This document shows, piece after piece, positions 61,515 to 64,000 of a DNA stretch of 64,000 bases. The stretch is taken from contig OX638149.1 in assembly GCA_951804945.1 (NCBI GenBank), positions 118,358,001 through 118,422,000 on the forward strand, written 5' to 3'. A program made the position numbers and the translations under genes. The DNA comes from Podarcis cretensis. Lineage: Eukaryota. Below the pieces are notes generated by a model. The model was not told the DNA's origin. It saw nothing but the letters and a program-made list of their open reading frames with translations, and did no database searches. Position 1 is the first letter of the stretch. Every line of letters starts with the position of its first letter.

Positions 61515-61615
61515 CGCTCGCACATGACCAGGCGCAGCCAATGACGTGCCCAAATAGGTCATAAAAGGTCTATTACGAGTTGTAAATTCTCTTCAAACAA
61601 AAAGGAATTTACTGC
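61515..61615 (-). promoter_or_regulatory. Conserved mid-cluster promoter element (probable H8/7-6 four-cluster sequence)
   Basis: ATTTACAACTCGTAATAGACCTTTTATGACC...CATTGGCTG...GGTCATGTG: Hox/Cdx sites, CCAAT and E-box-like motif in a CpG island between the D8 and D4 positions. The name is assigned from recalled position and motif order. Confidence 0.6.
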
Positions 61616-64000
61616 AATTCCTTGCGGATTTTTTTTTTAAACCCAGGCTGCTACAAACAGTGGGTTTTGTTTTCCTGGGTTCATTTCTTTCTGCCTTCTC
61701 TCTCTGCTTTTTGTCTTTACGCGCTACCAAGGCTCACCACCTTTCTGTTGCCTTGGCCTGTCTCAGGGAGCAGCAGATCCGTGGGAATCTTCTGAATGAT
61801 TGACGCAGCCCAGTCCTCAGCCCCCTTAACCCGGAGGCCAAACGCTGCCGAGTAGAGGCCCTGATTCGATTCGGAAGCATTTAGCCCAAACGTAGGGGCC
61901 TGAACCCACACCCTACCACTTGCCTGTGAGCAACGCAACAGTGCGTAAAAGTCCATTTGCTGCGGGGGCGGGAGAAAGTCCAGCAGGCGAGGCCCCTTTT
62001 GCTAGGTCTACATTATGTCTAGGCCGCTGGGCTTTAGACCCTCCTTGCCCTGCGCTGGGAAGGCTGAAGGGGTTGGGAATGGGGAACATCGCAATGAAAC
62101 TCAGCTCCTGCAAATCTCGAATCTACTTTACTCCAAAGGCTCGTCACGTTCTGGAGCTCCCGAAAGCTCCTTTTGGAGTAGCAAATAAAAACCACCCGCT
62201 TGTGCGAATTAATGAGCGTCTCTTCCTTGTTGCAGGAAAAAGCCTCCCCAGAAGCTTTTCCGGCCCTGGCTGCGGATGGAACATTGACGAGAGACAAAGC
62301 CTCCCTTGGCTGCCGATCCATTGATTTGTAACGTTCTAGAACGCGCTGGGAGTTCTGCGCTCTGGAGGAGTAACCAGGCGTTCTACCGGATCTGCAATGG
62401 CAAAAGAATTCGAGACATGGAAGGAAGGGTGGACGAGGGAGACAAAGCATGCCTCCAGTGTTTAAAACGGCCTCCCCTTTTTGAACTTTAAATCGAAACC
62501 GACATAAATACACCCAGGGACGTTTATTCTGGTTCCGTTTTCTTTCATGCAGCAATTGGGACTGACTGACTGCACACTTAAGGGTACTCACTTAAGGCCC
62601 CGCTGGACTCAGTTGCGCACTTACAGCTGAGCAAATGTGTGTACAAATTGCATTATTTGGATGTTCAGTGCGGTTCACTTTCTTCCGCTGAAGATAGGCT
62701 GGAAGTGGTGGGGAAATATGCCGTTGTCTGTAGTGTGGGATCCAAATTCTGTTCACTTGAATTTTGTTGCTTCCCTCCGTAACCCAAAGGCCGTCTTTAA
62801 TAACTGGCGAATTCATCCAATTATTTATGGCCATTTATGTGGGATTAGGGTTTAAGGGCCTTCTGTTGGAAAGCGACGTTCCGGGCGGCTTGACAGGTTC
62901 AGACTCACTTGAGATTTGCTTCCAAGTCAGCTATGTCACTGGGGCCGGTTTGAATATCTAAGATGTGGGTTTCTCGCCTTGAAGGACCGCATAGCGACTC
63001 CGCAAGCTTGATTTCCACCCAATTCCAAAATGGCCGCTTCCTCGTAAATAATCAGGATCGACAAACTCTAGGACAGTGTTATGTTTGATGGTATTAATTA
63101 GATTCGTCATTCATGATGAATTGTGGATGTTAATATATTGATTAAATACATTATAAAGCATACTGCGTTGCAATGTGCACGTATATATAAATATATTCAG
63201 GAGAATGTGCGCAGCAAATATTCGGATTTCCCCTCCTTCAGAATCAATTGTCTTCAGACATTTTAATCCAGTTTTGGAATTAGCGTTGGATAAATATCGG
63301 ATAATACTTTTTTCTAGTTGAAAGGGATTATGGTTTAAGATGCTCAAAATGACCCCTCCCTCCGCTAGGGCTCAATTGAACTAAGGCTTTGCCCTTCGTT
63401 GCAAAGGTATTGCTACTTTACCAATAATGTCTGCAAATATTTAACTTGTACATTTACATTTAAAATAAAATAAAATCACCATCCCTTCTAGGTTTCTGGA
63501 AGTTCGCTTGTCTTAGACCCGCATAACCAATCCCAGACTGACCACTGAGACGTTTTGCCGCATTTATGCAAATCAATGCACCAAATTGTTTTGCTTCACA
63601 GTTTTTGCCGCAGTTCCTCTACGTGAACGGGTTCCCAGCCCACTATGGCGCTTGTAGAGGAATGCGGTGGCCAAGGAAGGCGTTTCCGGCGGGGAGGGGC
63701 TATTTTCTGAATTCGAAAAGAGCCTCGAAAATTATAGGCGCTGAAAGTATATTCTGCTTTCTTCTTAGCTAGCTGATTTCACAGCCAACATAACTGCTGA
63801 AATGTACATATATACTAAAGAAATAATTAGACCAGAGCGAATGGTAGCACACACATGCACAAAGCAAGCAAAACAAAATGAACAAGACCCTTTCTCTCTC
63901 ACCCTCCGTGTGTGCGTATGTAGGTGTGTGTATGTCTATAGAGGAATCTTCTAGTTAAGGCTAAATCCTCCGGATTCTGGTTAGATGAGAGCAGACTTTG

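Noticed and set aside
62034-62591. 185-aa minus-strand ORF as HOXD8 or a novel gene
   Set aside because: No homeodomain or recognisable motif; composition looks non-coding. HOXD8 should lie beyond the window.

Overview
Vertebrate DNA, not prokaryotic. The window is the 3' (anterior) half of a HoxD cluster transcribed on the minus strand, from a squamate; the Sauria/POM-type SINEs suggest a lacertid lizard. It holds complete HOXD3 (coding exons 16298-15731 and 12276-11528, 438 aa), complete HOXD4 (40634-40205 and 39647-39337, 246 aa) and pre-miR-10b about 1.3 kb upstream of HOXD4. HOXD1 (left) and HOXD8 (right) should lie outside the window. Regulatory content includes four DR5 retinoic-acid response elements, the Hox4-intron HB1 element and a series of E-box/CCAAT promoter modules with candidate non-coding first exons. 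The cluster carries many transposon copies (SINEs, hAT and Tc1/mariner-type MITEs with TSDs, CR1 and L2 ends, a Penelope fragment, over 20 short foldback elements), which leave about 38.3-48.7 kb largely clear. The most notable observation is at 261-414: a frameshifted, stop-containing relic of Hox2 exon 1 in the position and orientation of HoxD2, a gene regarded as lost in tetrapods. It keeps the exonic Hox/Pbx site (TGATTGAT) and has an apparently intact promoter with a splice donor upstream. Other leads are a hAT MITE copied together with about 140 bp of flank on both sides of HOXD3, a possible spliced small ORF on the long HoxD transcript, a four-half-site nuclear-receptor array next to the HOXD4 3' RARE, and a degenerate hammerhead ribozyme. 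Reference sequences are compared from memory; no database search was run, and repeat boundaries without a TSD are approximate.
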